A DNA stretch of 40,021 bases from a virus, in IMG/VR virus record IMGVR_UViG_3300045988_095718, positions 1 through 40,021 of that record, one strand, 5' to 3'. Every line of letters starts with the position of its first letter. The stretch's first letter is position 1. A model generated the notes under the pieces. It had not been told where the DNA came from. It saw nothing but the letters and a program-made list of their open reading frames with translations, and made no database searches. This document shows, piece after piece, positions 23,532 to 34,184 of the stretch. The translations under genes were made by a program, and so were the position numbers.

Positions 23532-24185
23532 ATGGCAGCTGATTCAGCAGGCAATGACCTTAGCGCCGCGAAGATCGTGGTGACAAGCGCCTTCTACGTC
23601 GCACCTTATGATGCGACGCAGAAGCTGACCTCCAATCTCATCGCGCCGACCGTGGCCGACGTGAAGACCAGCTTGGACAAGATTTTCACCAAGGGTGGCT
23701 TCGTCGGCCTTATCACCGAGGATGGTGCCCCGCAGGACAGCCGTGACGCCGATGATGCGATCAAATTCCACCAGCCTGGATATTCGATTAATGGCAAGGC
23801 GTCGCTGACCACGCAGTTCACCGTGGCCGAGGATAACGACATCACGCGCCAGATGACCATCGGCAAGCCGGACTCCAGTGGCGTGTATCACGTGACCGAT
23901 GTGATTCAGGACGGCAAGTGGTTCTGTTATCAGGAGACGGTGTTCAAGAACGGCACGCACCGCCGCCGTCTGGGTGTCGTGAATCTGACCGGCAACGAGC
24001 AGGGTCAGGAGACCTCCGGCAAGAACACCGGTGACGCTTGGACCATCGAATGGATTCAGGACGACGCCTGCGATTCCGGCAACAGCAAGTATTTGGAGTC
24101 CTTCGTGACTCCGACTGTTTCATCCGGTCCTCATACCGATGGTCATCAGGCTGATGATTCCGAGTCTCAGCCGGTCACCGACTGA
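23532..24185 (+). CDS. Major tail protein
   Basis: ATG 23532. Call based on size and position upstream of the chaperone pair. Confidence 0.7.
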   Translation: MAADSAGNDLSAAKIVVTSAFYVAPYDATQKLTSNLIAPTVADVKTSLDKIFTKGGFVGLITEDGAPQDSRDADDAIKFHQPGYSINGKASLTTQFTVAEDNDITRQMTIGKPDSSGVYHVTDVIQDGKWFCYQETVFKNGTHRRRLGVVNLTGNEQGQETSGKNTGDAWTIEWIQDDACDSGNSKYLESFVTPTVSSGPHTDGHQADDSESQPVTD

Positions 24186-24300
24186 CGTTGATTCTTCCCA
24201 TCATGTGTTTCTTTCTTCCTTTCTTCGCATGTGCTGGGATTCTTCCTCTTCATCCAGTGAAGCAAAGGAAAAATTTTTAGTCGTTTGAAAGAAGGAAGAA

Positions 24301-24720
24301 ATGACCAAGAATGTGATGCCCTCCGCCGCCGATTTCGGAGCCTGGACTCAGGAGGACGAGGAGAAGGCGCTTGAAGCGTCGGCCGAGCGGATGAAGGTGA
24401 AGCACCTCATCAAGGACGACGGCGTGTGGTTCCTCGCACCGCACGGCCACATTTACAAGCTGCCTCTGAATCTCAGCATCGATGATTTCGTGCGCCTGTC
24501 CGACCTGCAGTCCAACACGGAGCAGATTCAGACTTTGAAGGATATTCTCGCGGCTTTTGCTGGCGAGGATGCGGCCAAGGAGTTGGCGAAGGAGCCGGCA
24601 ATGGTTCCATTCAACATCCTCAACGATTACGGCGAGGTTTTGGCGAAGATTCAGGGTGTGGAATTGGGAAAATCGTCGGCTTCTGCCAGCTCCTCCAAGG
24701 AGACGGTGGCAGTCGAATAA
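24301..24720 (+). CDS. Tail assembly chaperone (gpG-like)
   Basis: Acidic 139-aa protein directly upstream of the tape measure gene, with a slippery site near its 3' end. Confidence 0.8.
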   Translation: MTKNVMPSAADFGAWTQEDEEKALEASAERMKVKHLIKDDGVWFLAPHGHIYKLPLNLSIDDFVRLSDLQSNTEQIQTLKDILAAFAGEDAAKELAKEPAMVPFNILNDYGEVLAKIQGVELGKSSASASSSKETVAVE

Positions 24721-25037
24721 GGGCTGATTTCGCGGCTCGCGGGTGGAGTCTGCAGGCTGATTTAGGCGGCAGACTCCGCTACTGCGACGCGATCGCATTG
24801 TGGGAGAACCTTTCGGCCGACCCGAACACTTACACCGGCATGACTGCGGTGCATATGGTGCTGCCGATGGATGCGACGGCTATCATCACCGCGATTCAGG
24901 CTGGCGGCACGTCGATTCTTGGCGACCTCGCGCCGGAAAAGGCTGGGGAGAAGCATGTCGAGGTGGCCGATGAGGAGCGTCGTGCGGCTTTGGCGTCGAT
25001 GAGCAGCATCTTCGGCTTCAAAAAAACAAGTGAATAG
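24301..25037 (+). CDS. Tail assembly chaperone -1 frameshift product (gpGT-like)
   Basis: G_GGA_AAA lies in the zero frame at 24666-24672. The -1 frame is open from there to 25037. Confidence 0.7.
24666..24672 (+). promoter_or_regulatory. Programmed -1 ribosomal frameshift heptamer GGGAAAA
   Basis: X_XXY_YYZ phasing checked against the ATG at 24301. Confidence 0.7.
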
Positions 25038-25048
25038 AGGAGGCTGTC

Positions 25049-28018
25049 ATGGCTGGCGGTAGCGAGCTTGGATCCGCGCATGTGAGCATTTTCCCGCAGA
25101 TGAAGGGCTTCCGCCAGAATGTGGCCAAGGAGACCGGCAAGGCCGTCTCCGACATGAAAAACTCCTTCACGAAGGGCTTCAATGGCGCGCAGCAGGGCAA
25201 GCAGATCGGCAGCGCCTTCAAAAGCGGTTTCAACAGTGGTGCGGCCGAGCTGAATTCCGAAGCCCTGAAGTCCTTTAAAAAGGACGTGGCGCAAGCCTCG
25301 CAAAAGAATACGGACGCCTTGCTGAAATTCAAGGCGGCTGGCGTGCAGGTGCAGGCCGCTCAGGAAAAGCTGAACGCGGCCACACAGAAATATGGCGCGG
25401 ACAGCACGCAGGCTCAGGCTGCGGCCATCAAACTCGAACAAGCTCAAATCAAACAGAAGACGGCGGCTGACAATCTCAAGGCGGCGTCCGACAATCTCAA
25501 GACGGCGCAGGGACGGCTCAAGGACCTCGAAACGCAATTGGCGGACGAATCCGACAAGTCCAAGAATGCGTTCAGCCGTCTGGCGTCCGGCTTCACCTCA
25601 ACGGCACAGCAGATCGTCGGCAAGATTCCAGGCGTGAACGCGGCGGTGCAGAAGATCAGTTCGACGGCTGGCGATGTCACGTCCAACATCAAAAGCAAGT
25701 TTTCGGCTGCTTGGAATGCTTTGCCGGAGGGTGCGCGTAATGCGGCCGCGAAGGCCGGTAATGCGTTGCATTCGGGTTTGAGCAAGGCTTCCGGGTTCGC
25801 TTCGAAGGCGGTGTCCGGCATCGGCAAGGCGGCTAAGGGCATGGCCACCGTCGTGTCCGGCGCCGCTGCCGCCGCTGGCGGATATCTGGTGAATTTCGGC
25901 AAGCAGGCCGTGGATGCGGCTCTCAAGGCCGGTGAGGTGACCGCGAAATTCCAGCAGGTCGCCAAGAACAATAACTGGAGTGATGAAGAGCAGAAGTCGC
26001 TGCTCAGCCTGAATAAGACGCTTGGACAGACCGGCGTCATATCCGGTGGCACACTCAAGGCCGCTCAGGCGCAGTTGGGTACTTTCGCGCTGACCGCCGA
26101 TCAGGTCAAGACTTTGACGCCCGCTTTGGCGGACATGATAGCCAACAACAAGGGCTATAACGCGACGGCTCAGGATGGCGTGCAGATCGCGAATCTGCTC
26201 GGCAAGGTCATGACCGGCAGCGCTACCGCGCTGAGCAAATATGGCGTGACCATGACGGACGCGCAGAAAAAAGTCCTTCAGGAAGGTAGCGCGTCCGAGA
26301 AGGCCGCCATGGCCGCGAAGGTCCTGGAAGCGAATTTCGGCGGCATCAACAAGGCCCTGGCGGACACGCCGCAGGGCAAGATGACCATCCTACAGCATGA
26401 GATTGCCGGTTTGAAGACTTCGGTCGGCAATGATCTCATCCAGGCTTTCGGTGGTGTCGGTGGCGCTGTCATCAAGATGGTGCAGGCCGTCGAACCGCTC
26501 ATCACCGCGCTGTTTGACAAGATCGCTCAGCTGGCGCAGAAGATCGGCCCGCCGCTTGAAAAAGTGTTCGGCGCTGTCGCTGACAAGATCAGCAAAATCA
26601 ATTTCAGCGGCTTCACGGGCCAATTGTCTGGATTGTCCGGCCCTATCGCAGCCGTGACTGGTCTGCTTGGCGCGGCTGGTCTTGGCGGCGCTTTGAGCGG
26701 ATTGAGTGGCGTGCCGGTGATTGGCGGATTGCTGTCGAAGTTCGGCGGCGTCCTGAGTGGTCTTGGTGGTCCTGTCACTTTGGTGATTGGCGCTCTGGCC
26801 GGCCTTATCGCCACGAGCCCGCAATTGCGCAGCGAATTCGGCACGATGCTGCAGAACGTTTTCGTCAGCTTGCAGCAGGCATTCCAAATGCTTCAGCCGT
26901 CGATTCAGACGCTCATGACGGCTTTGAGTCAATTGGCGGCAGCTGTCATGCCGGTAATCACCAATCTCGTCGGCCAGATAATCCCGTTGCTGACGCCGAT
27001 AATCTCCACGCTTGTGGGTGCTTTGGTGCCGGCCATTCAAGGCATTCTGACCGTGGTGACCACCGTCATTCAGGCGATAACTCCGGCCATCCAAGGAGTC
27101 CAGCCGGTTGTCACGGCGGTGGTCGCGGCCATCACGGCTGTGATTCAGGCGCTCATGCCGGTCATCTCGCAGATCAGCAGTCTCATCACTGACGTGGTGG
27201 CTGCCATCACGCCGGTGATTCAGGGCCTTGAGCCTTTGGTTACGACGGTGGTGCAGGAGATTACCAGCGTGATTCAGGCTCTGGTGCCGGTGATTCAGGC
27301 TCTCGCGCCTTTGGTGTCCACCATTATTTCCGCGATTGTCGGCTTCATTAGCTCGACGCTTCTGCCGACCGTGCAGGCCATGCTGCCGTTCATCCAGGGC
27401 GTCATCAACGGGATCGCTTCGGTCGTCAGCGGCATTGTCAATGTGATCCAGGGCGTCATCAACATGGTGACTGGCATCATCAACGGCAATTGGTCGCAGG
27501 CGTGGAATGGATTCAGGCAGATCGTGCATGGTGCCGTACAGGGCGTGCTTGGCTTCCTTGGCGGCATCGGCAGCGCCATCATGGGCTGCTTCTCCGGTGC
27601 TGGCGCATGGCTGTGGAACGCTGGCGCGAGCATCATCAATGGTCTGCTCAATGGACTGAGATCCGCATTCGGCCGAGTGAAGAGCTTTGTGAGTGGCATA
27701 GGCGATTGGATTGTCAGGCATAAGGGTCCGCTCAGCTACGACAAGGTGATGCTTAAGCCTGCTGGCTTGGCGATCATGCAGGGCTTTGACAAGAGTCTCA
27801 AGGCTGGCTGGAAGGACGTGCAGCGCACCGTGAATGGCATGAATGCGCAGATCAATGGCGGTTTCGACGTGGATGCGTCGAAGTCGGGGCGCGCGAATGT
27901 CAGCAATGGCGGTGGTTCGACCACGTATGTCCAGCAGACCTTCAACTATCCGGCGATCGCTCCGACGAGCATCAGCACGCAGCAACGATTGCAGACGGCG
28001 GCGATGCCGCAATGGTGA
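25049..28018 (+). CDS. Tape measure protein
   Basis: 989 aa. Ala/Gly-rich with periodic VIQA..P.I repeats. Located after the chaperone pair. Confidence 0.9.
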   Translation: MAGGSELGSAHVSIFPQMKGFRQNVAKETGKAVSDMKNSFTKGFNGAQQGKQIGSAFKSGFNSGAAELNSEALKSFKKDVAQASQKNTDALLKFKAAGVQVQAAQEKLNAATQKYGADSTQAQAAAIKLEQAQIKQKTAADNLKAASDNLKTAQGRLKDLETQLADESDKSKNAFSRLASGFTSTAQQIVGKIPGVNAAVQKISSTAGDVTSNIKSKFSAAWNALPEGARNAAAKAGNALHSGLSKASGFASKAVSGIGKAAKGMATVVSGAAAAAGGYLVNFGKQAVDAALKAGEVTAKFQQVAKNNNWSDEEQKSLLSLNKTLGQTGVISGGTLKAAQAQLGTFALTADQVKTLTPALADMIANNKGYNATAQDGVQIANLLGKVMTGSATALSKYGVTMTDAQKKVLQEGSASEKAAMAAKVLEANFGGINKALADTPQGKMTILQHEIAGLKTSVGNDLIQAFGGVGGAVIKMVQAVEPLITALFDKIAQLAQKIGPPLEKVFGAVADKISKINFSGFTGQLSGLSGPIAAVTGLLGAAGLGGALSGLSGVPVIGGLLSKFGGVLSGLGGPVTLVIGALAGLIATSPQLRSEFGTMLQNVFVSLQQAFQMLQPSIQTLMTALSQLAAAVMPVITNLVGQIIPLLTPIISTLVGALVPAIQGILTVVTTVIQAITPAIQGVQPVVTAVVAAITAVIQALMPVISQISSLITDVVAAITPVIQGLEPLVTTVVQEITSVIQALVPVIQALAPLVSTIISAIVGFISSTLLPTVQAMLPFIQGVINGIASVVSGIVNVIQGVINMVTGIINGNWSQAWNGFRQIVHGAVQGVLGFLGGIGSAIMGCFSGAGAWLWNAGASIINGLLNGLRSAFGRVKSFVSGIGDWIVRHKGPLSYDKVMLKPAGLAIMQGFDKSLKAGWKDVQRTVNGMNAQINGGFDVDASKSGRANVSNGGGSTTYVQQTFNYPAIAPTSISTQQRLQTAAMPQW

Positions 28019-28042
28019 CACACAAGTGAAAAGGGTGGTGCA

Positions 28043-28861
28043 ATGATTCTCACGGATTATCTCATCAATGGTCAGCAGCTGACTGGTGAGCGTTCGAGTC
28101 TGATAGTCGGCACCACCCATTTCACGAGCATCAGCCCGCGTATTGATTCCGTGACGGTGAACGGCCGGTCCGGCGTCATGCTTCCGGCTGGGCCGGTGGC
28201 TTTCGATGCGCCGGAAATCACGTTGAAATTCATTACGGGCGGGCTTGATGCGGATACTTTGATGCACCGCTTTTATCGGCTCTGCCGCCTTGCGTCCGAG
28301 TTGACTCGTGTGGAGCGTGACGTGTCCACTGGTCTGACGCGACGCATGACCGCCAAGGCCGTGTGCACGTCCTGTCAGCCGGACGGTGACGAAATACCAT
28401 GGAGCAATCATCGTGCCGCCACGGCGGTCTTTCAACTGCTTGACGTGTTTTGGCAGGGTGATTGGCAGATTGCCACGCTTCCCGCTGTGGGCGGTGTCTT
28501 GATTCATGGCAAGGCCAAGCCCGGCAGTGAGGGGTGGTATTCCAATGCTCCGCTGCTTAATCTCATCCTCCGTTTTTCGAACGTGTCGTCCGTGACGGTG
28601 ACGGACCAGGTGACCGGCACGGATATCAAGTGGAGCGGGCCGAATGCGTCGAATCTTTATCTTGATGCTGGTAATCGTCGCGCATGGACCGCAGGCGGCA
28701 ACAACGCTTGGACTGGCGGCACTGATGTGACGTCCGGCGTCAACTGGACGAGCGAACCGTTGCAGGTGTGGCCTGCCGTCGATTCCTGCAGCTACTCGCT
28801 GCAGGTTAAACAGTCCGGCGCGTCTGCTGTGACGTGCCGTTACAAACCTTCGTGGGAGTGA
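28043..28861 (+). CDS. Distal tail protein (Dit-like)
   Basis: Call based on position after the tape measure gene. 272 aa. Confidence 0.65.
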   Translation: MILTDYLINGQQLTGERSSLIVGTTHFTSISPRIDSVTVNGRSGVMLPAGPVAFDAPEITLKFITGGLDADTLMHRFYRLCRLASELTRVERDVSTGLTRRMTAKAVCTSCQPDGDEIPWSNHRAATAVFQLLDVFWQGDWQIATLPAVGGVLIHGKAKPGSEGWYSNAPLLNLILRFSNVSSVTVTDQVTGTDIKWSGPNASNLYLDAGNRRAWTAGGNNAWTGGTDVTSGVNWTSEPLQVWPAVDSCSYSLQVKQSGASAVTCRYKPSWE

Positions 28862-28863
28862 TT

Positions 28864-31800
28864 ATGGCTAAATCTTTGCATGCTCGTCTCGTGGCCTACA
28901 GGCCTTTCGGCGCAAGAATCGGAGTATTGGCGGAGCCGGTGAGCTTCAGCGCGTCCATGCTCCACGATGATGACGGCGCTATCTCGATCGAGTATTCGAT
29001 GCTGTCGGGTGACGCTCAGGCATTCGACCGTGAGCTGACCGATGGCCTTGAAGTGGCCGTGGAAGTGTCGGACGGTAGTGGCTTCAAGGAGCCGGATAAT
29101 GCGCGTTTCGTCATCACGGGCCGCTCCGGCAAGACCGATGACCGGACTCGCACCGTCACATACAGCGGACAGTCGATCAGCTGGCTGCTGAGCAAGGCGG
29201 AGAACAATGATTCTTCGCATCTGCTCGCGGATGGTGACAACAAAGGCAAGAGGCCATTCTATTCGTCGGATCCGGGTGTGATTCTCAAGACACTGCTCGA
29301 CGAAAACAAGGCGCGTGGCGGCGTGGCCACCGGTCTGACGCTCGGCTTCGACACCGCCAAAGATTCGAATGGTGATGCCTGGAACAGAAAATACACTTTG
29401 TACTATTCGCTCGGCACGGATCTGCAAACGATCCTGTCATCTCTTGTCAATGGTGGCGGATGCGACTGGCGCACCACAGGTAGGACGCTCAAGCTTTGGA
29501 ATGCGGACAGCACGGCGTTGAGTCGTGATCTGAGCAAGCAGGTCGTGCTCCGGCTTGCTCGTGACATCGGTGAGGCTCCATACGAGGAGAGCATCAGCGA
29601 TTTGGCCAGCACGATCCTCGTGGAGGGTGACAATAATCTGCTTTTCCGTATGGATAATCCGGCTGCTCCTACGCCTTGGGGCAAGTGGGAGTCCTACAGC
29701 TCGCAGGGTGGCGTGTCCGACAAGGATACGGCACAGGCGTTCATGCAGTCCACGCTCGATGATGCGGCAAGGGTGCGCGGCCAGTACACGCGCAATCTCA
29801 TCGTTTCCGACGTGGACAGTCTGCCGCTCGTCGACTATCATGCCGGCGATTGGATTACCGCGCCAACAGTCACTCACGGCGAGAAGGTGCGCGTGCAGGA
29901 AATCGACCTGAGCATGCGCCAGGGCGAGGGACTATCCGTCAGCATCGCACTGAACGACATCAAGTATGATGCCTCGGTCAAGCAGGCGAAGAAGATAAAG
30001 GGCATCACGGGTGGCGCCGCGTTGGCCGGCAGCGAGGGCGGCACGACCGCCTCGTCCGACCGTGACCATCGCGTGCCGGAGGCCCCGCAGGGACTTGTCG
30101 TGCAGACCGACGCCTATATAGGCTCGGATGGCTATGCGCATGGCTTGGCCACGGCCATGTGGTCCGCCGTGACCGAGGCGACCGACAATACGGCAATCGA
30201 GATCTCCAATTATTCGGTCGAGTGGAAACTGCACAAGGATGGCGCGCCCTGGCAGGCTGCAGGCAACACCGATAAGACGCAGCTTGGATTCGGTGGTCTT
30301 GACTGCGGAACCATGATAGAGATCAGGGTGCGCGCCGTGCCGACGTATTCAGATAAGCTCGGCGAATGGTCAGAGGTTTCCGTGATCACGGTCGAATCGG
30401 ACACGACGCCATGCTCCGTGCCATCCAAACCGGCCGTCACATCGAAATTGGGCGTGGTGACCATCCACTGGGATGGCAGGACCGCAGCCGGCACGTCGAT
30501 GGAATCGGATTTCGACCATATCGAGGTCGGTGAGGGTGCGACGGCATCCAGCATGAAGGTCGTGTCATCGACGCAAGCCGGTCAGGGAGACTACATCGTC
30601 GCCGGCCTGGGCATAGGCAGCCAGCACAGTTACGCGCTACGCTCAGTGGACCATGCCGGCAACAAGTCCGGCTGGTCGTCCATCGCCTCGGTGACCGTGG
30701 CCAGTGTCATCCCGCAGGAGACCTTGGATTCCATCAATCAGGACATCGCCAAGGCCGAGGCCGAGGCGAAAGCCGCGAAGACCACCGCAGACGGAAAAAA
30801 CAAGGTGTTCACCCAGGCTACGGAGCCCGCGCATGCCGGATTGACAAATGGCGACCTGTGGCAGAAGCTCGACTCCAGCGGACACATCTCATCCGTCAAC
30901 GTATGGAACGGCACGAAATTCACGGCCTACAGCCTCGTGGCCGACAGTCTGCTCGTCCCTGGCAGCGTGAATGGCGGCGTGCTCATCAAGGATGGCAGCA
31001 TCGAGGCGAAAAACGTGCACATCGGCAACGGCGAAATTTTGACCGAGCTGCTTAAGGCTCGGAAGATTGTGACCGATGACGTTGAGGCGGGCCAGTTCAA
31101 GGGATATGTGTTTACCGGCGCGATATTCCAGAGCTCCGAGGCCGCGAACACTGGCGTGAAGCTCAATTCGACCGCCCTGCAAATGTGGGATTCCAACCAT
31201 AAACAGACCGTCTATCTCGACGGCGAGGGCAAGTCGAACGTTCTGACGGGCACGTTCCAAACCCGCACGAGCGGGCACAGAATCCGAATCAGCCCGGATT
31301 ACCAGTCGTATGCGATCAGTGGCTCGGAGACGTTCGTGGGCGACGGCATTGAATTCCCCGCCTACAACGGCTCGACCGGCTACTACCGGTATCCGGCCAT
31401 CGCGTCGATTATCAAGTCGAGTGAGGTCGGCACGATGAGCGAGCTGGACTTGTGGAGCGGACATGTGGCAAAGAACGATCCGGGCACGCAGCTCCGACTC
31501 CAGTCGAGGCCACGGTCGATGGGCGCGACCGGCAGCGGCATCACCTCGAAGGCATACCTCTCAGCTAGCACGAACTGGGAAGAGGCGGACGCCAGCAAGA
31601 AGAGCAGTGCCATGCTCGACATGGAGGGCGTCGGCGGATCAGGCGCAAGCGCGTATTTGGAAGTGCGCAGCGATTCTGGATCGCTCTGCGAAATCGGCGT
31701 CAAGGCATACGGTGCGAAAGCGAAGACGTGGTGCACCGCGTCGGACGCGAACGGCGAGGTCGGCGTGGTCTCGGACATCAGCACCGGATACGTGTATCTT

Positions 31801-32100
31801 GGCGGCTATCTCGGCGGCATCAACGGCCGCCACACATTCCAAAGAACCAATTGGCGAATCTATACGAACGCGTCACTGCCTGCCGATTTCACGATCCCAC
31901 AGACCACGTGGTCTTGGACGCCGGCGAAATACGGGCGCTACTACGGCGTGTGCAATTCCGATCTTGGCTGGGGGTCGATCTTCATGCACGTGTGCAACAC
32001 CGGCGGCGCTGGATCGTTGCAGGTCATGGGATACAACGCCGGAAGCGGCACCTACAAGGGCGACATGTACGTTAACGCGTTCGCATGGCTCACAAAATAA
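28864..32100 (+). CDS. Tail-associated large protein (Tal / baseplate hub-like)
   Basis: ATG 28864, 1078 aa, located after the Dit-like gene. Confidence 0.65.
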   Translation: MAKSLHARLVAYRPFGARIGVLAEPVSFSASMLHDDDGAISIEYSMLSGDAQAFDRELTDGLEVAVEVSDGSGFKEPDNARFVITGRSGKTDDRTRTVTYSGQSISWLLSKAENNDSSHLLADGDNKGKRPFYSSDPGVILKTLLDENKARGGVATGLTLGFDTAKDSNGDAWNRKYTLYYSLGTDLQTILSSLVNGGGCDWRTTGRTLKLWNADSTALSRDLSKQVVLRLARDIGEAPYEESISDLASTILVEGDNNLLFRMDNPAAPTPWGKWESYSSQGGVSDKDTAQAFMQSTLDDAARVRGQYTRNLIVSDVDSLPLVDYHAGDWITAPTVTHGEKVRVQEIDLSMRQGEGLSVSIALNDIKYDASVKQAKKIKGITGGAALAGSEGGTTASSDRDHRVPEAPQGLVVQTDAYIGSDGYAHGLATAMWSAVTEATDNTAIEISNYSVEWKLHKDGAPWQAAGNTDKTQLGFGGLDCGTMIEIRVRAVPTYSDKLGEWSEVSVITVESDTTPCSVPSKPAVTSKLGVVTIHWDGRTAAGTSMESDFDHIEVGEGATASSMKVVSSTQAGQGDYIVAGLGIGSQHSYALRSVDHAGNKSGWSSIASVTVASVIPQETLDSINQDIAKAEAEAKAAKTTADGKNKVFTQATEPAHAGLTNGDLWQKLDSSGHISSVNVWNGTKFTAYSLVADSLLVPGSVNGGVLIKDGSIEAKNVHIGNGEILTELLKARKIVTDDVEAGQFKGYVFTGAIFQSSEAANTGVKLNSTALQMWDSNHKQTVYLDGEGKSNVLTGTFQTRTSGHRIRISPDYQSYAISGSETFVGDGIEFPAYNGSTGYYRYPAIASIIKSSEVGTMSELDLWSGHVAKNDPGTQLRLQSRPRSMGATGSGITSKAYLSASTNWEEADASKKSSAMLDMEGVGGSGASAYLEVRSDSGSLCEIGVKAYGAKAKTWCTASDANGEVGVVSDISTGYVYLGGYLGGINGRHTFQRTNWRIYTNASLPADFTIPQTTWSWTPAKYGRYYGVCNSDLGWGSIFMHVCNTGGAGSLQVMGYNAGSGTYKGDMYVNAFAWLTK

Positions 32101-32111
32101 GGAGGCACATT

Positions 32112-32663
32112 TTGCAAACGGTTTTCGAGGACGGCAACCTCATCATCAGAGCGGAAACGGAAGGTGAGCGGGGGCTTGTGTGCGGCATGGACGCTATCGC
32201 CGCATGGTGGGCGCTGCTCGGCACGACGAGCGTCGCCGAAACCTGCGCGGCCATGATGCAGGCAAGGGAAACGGCCGACTCGTACGATCCGCAGACAGGA
32301 CGGAACGCGTACACGACCGCCTATGAGGGATTGGAATCGGCCTTGTCGGATACCGCGGCGGAATCCGTGTCCATGATGTCCGACAGTGGCGAGGTACAGG
32401 ACGATCCGATGACGGCCGCACGCAACCGGACGAGGACGGCTTTGGGACTGCCATCGATCACCAACGATGCGGACGCGGCCGTCCAGACGGCCATGCTGTC
32501 GGATGAAGCGGCCAATGCGACGCCAACCACCGGCATCGACACGGATTGCGTGGACGCCAAGGCCATCGGAAGGCTTTTCGACACCGACGAAATGCGTGCT
32601 GACTTGGACGAATGCGAGGAACGATTCTTCGCTTCGCTCATGCCACCAATAAAGGAGGGATGA
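32112..32663 (+). CDS. Hypothetical tail-region protein
   Basis: TTG 32112 lies 7 nt after AAGGAGG. Confidence 0.5.
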   Translation: MQTVFEDGNLIIRAETEGERGLVCGMDAIAAWWALLGTTSVAETCAAMMQARETADSYDPQTGRNAYTTAYEGLESALSDTAAESVSMMSDSGEVQDDPMTAARNRTRTALGLPSITNDADAAVQTAMLSDEAANATPTTGIDTDCVDAKAIGRLFDTDEMRADLDECEERFFASLMPPIKEG

Positions 32664-32824
32664 TGCAGCAGATTCCTGCTGACGCGAACGAGGTGATCGG
32701 CCAGCTTTCCATGCAGGTCGGCCAATTTTCCAAGGAGATCGCGATTTTGAAAAGTCAATTGTCGGCGGCGATGAAACTGATCCCAGCCGACGTGCTCGAA
32801 GCCATGGGCAAGGAGGGACATTGA
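32660..32824 (+). CDS. Hypothetical small protein, 54 aa
   Basis: AAGGAGG RBS and ATGA overlap. Confidence 0.5.
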   Translation: MMQQIPADANEVIGQLSMQVGQFSKEIAILKSQLSAAMKLIPADVLEAMGKEGH

Positions 32825-33474
32825 CGAGGATACGATTTCGTTTCCGCACGCCGGATGGTCTGACTGACGGCGGCTCATCTCCACGTGGACTGGTGGTCTG
32901 CTCGCCGACGAGCCGCGTCGTCCAAAAGGATGAGAGCATCATGCTGCCGTTGCCGTTCGTGGCGCGTCTGCCGGACGACGGGAGCGATCTGGTCGTCTCG
33001 TTGCAGCCGACCGGCAGGGACTGGTGTTGGACCATCCGCGAGCAGGTCGGCGGCTACACGCATGTGCGGCGCGTGATCGTGCCGGACAGCGTGCAGACGT
33101 TGGATTACGCGACGCTTGGCGAGGCGTCGTGGGCTTCGTCCGCAACGGCTGGCGGTCTCGTGCACAGCATGCGAGTGTATTCCGGCGTTATCACGTTGGA
33201 CGCGCATGTGCCCGCCGCCAGTCTGAAACCGTCCGATAACGTGACGGTCGGTGACACGTGCGTGGATTCGACGGGCAGGGTGTGGATGATAACCGGCCTT
33301 GTCGATTCGGACGTGGTGTTCGGCGTGGACACCGGGGTGACGCTCGGCGGCAAGGGCGAGCGTGGCGCGAGTTTTCTCAGCGGCATGGGCAGGCCGTCCG
33401 ACCTGACGCAAGGCATCATCGGCGACACTTATATCGACCTTGAGACCGGTGACGTATATCAGCTTCAGCTCTGA
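32821..33474 (+). CDS. Minor tail / fibre protein with C-terminal YIDLETGDVYQ motif
   Basis: TTGA-coupled start. Its C-terminal motif is shared with the next fibre gene. Confidence 0.6.
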   Translation: MTRIRFRFRTPDGLTDGGSSPRGLVVCSPTSRVVQKDESIMLPLPFVARLPDDGSDLVVSLQPTGRDWCWTIREQVGGYTHVRRVIVPDSVQTLDYATLGEASWASSATAGGLVHSMRVYSGVITLDAHVPAASLKPSDNVTVGDTCVDSTGRVWMITGLVDSDVVFGVDTGVTLGGKGERGASFLSGMGRPSDLTQGIIGDTYIDLETGDVYQLQL

Positions 33475-33530
33475 CTTTTCACAAATCTCATAAAAATAAA
33501 ATAATTCGATTTCCAAGGAGGAATTACAAA

Positions 33531-34175
33531 ATGGCATGGACTGCAACAGGCGGCAACCTTAAAGGACCCAAGGGCGATCCAGGTACGGACGGCGCGAAGG
33601 GAGATGCGGGCACGAGCCTGCACGTCGCCAACATCAGCGTCTCAAGCAACAGCGACGTGGCGACGAGCGTGCTCTCGCCATCTGCTCCGATTACGGTAGG
33701 AGATCTGATCTCCGACAACAACGGAGACTTATTCACGATCACTTCCATCGTCAACGAGACGACCGTCCACGTTTCCAACGTCATCAGCGGCGTGAGCTTT
33801 AAGGGACCGCAGGGTGAGAAAGGTACGGACGGAGCGCCCGGCAAGGACGGTACTGGTGTTACCATTCTCGGCTCGTATGATTCACTCGAAACGTTGAAAG
33901 CCGAACATCCAACTGGTAATGCAGGCGACGCTTATTTGGTTAACGGCCATCTGTACGTTTGGGATACGGTCGGCTCAGACTGGAAGGACGTCGGCACCAT
34001 CCAGGGACCGAAGGGTGATAAGGGCGAACCCGGAACGGATGGAACGGATGGTACGCCTGGCAAGGACGGTCTCGGATGGTCCTATGGACACGGCGTGCCA
34101 TCATCGACCGGAGTGCCGGTTGGCAGCCTATATCTCGACCTTGATACCGGCAACGTATATGCATTTAACGCCTAG
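33531..34175 (+). CDS. Collagen-like tail fibre protein
   Basis: G-X-Y runs GPKGDPGTDGAKGDAGT, GPQGEKGTDGAPGKDGTG and GPKGDKGEPGTDGTDGTPGKDG. C-terminal YLDLDTGNVYA. Confidence 0.75.
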   Translation: MAWTATGGNLKGPKGDPGTDGAKGDAGTSLHVANISVSSNSDVATSVLSPSAPITVGDLISDNNGDLFTITSIVNETTVHVSNVISGVSFKGPQGEKGTDGAPGKDGTGVTILGSYDSLETLKAEHPTGNAGDAYLVNGHLYVWDTVGSDWKDVGTIQGPKGDKGEPGTDGTDGTPGKDGLGWSYGHGVPSSTGVPVGSLYLDLDTGNVYAFNA

Positions 34176-34184
34176 GGGTGGAAT

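Noticed and set aside
26800-27500. Periodic repeats in the tape measure gene considered as a possible CRISPR or tandem-repeat array.
   Set aside because: The periodicity is at the protein level (VIQA..P.I heptad/undecad-like units) inside a continuous 989-aa ORF. There are no exact DNA repeats with unique spacers.
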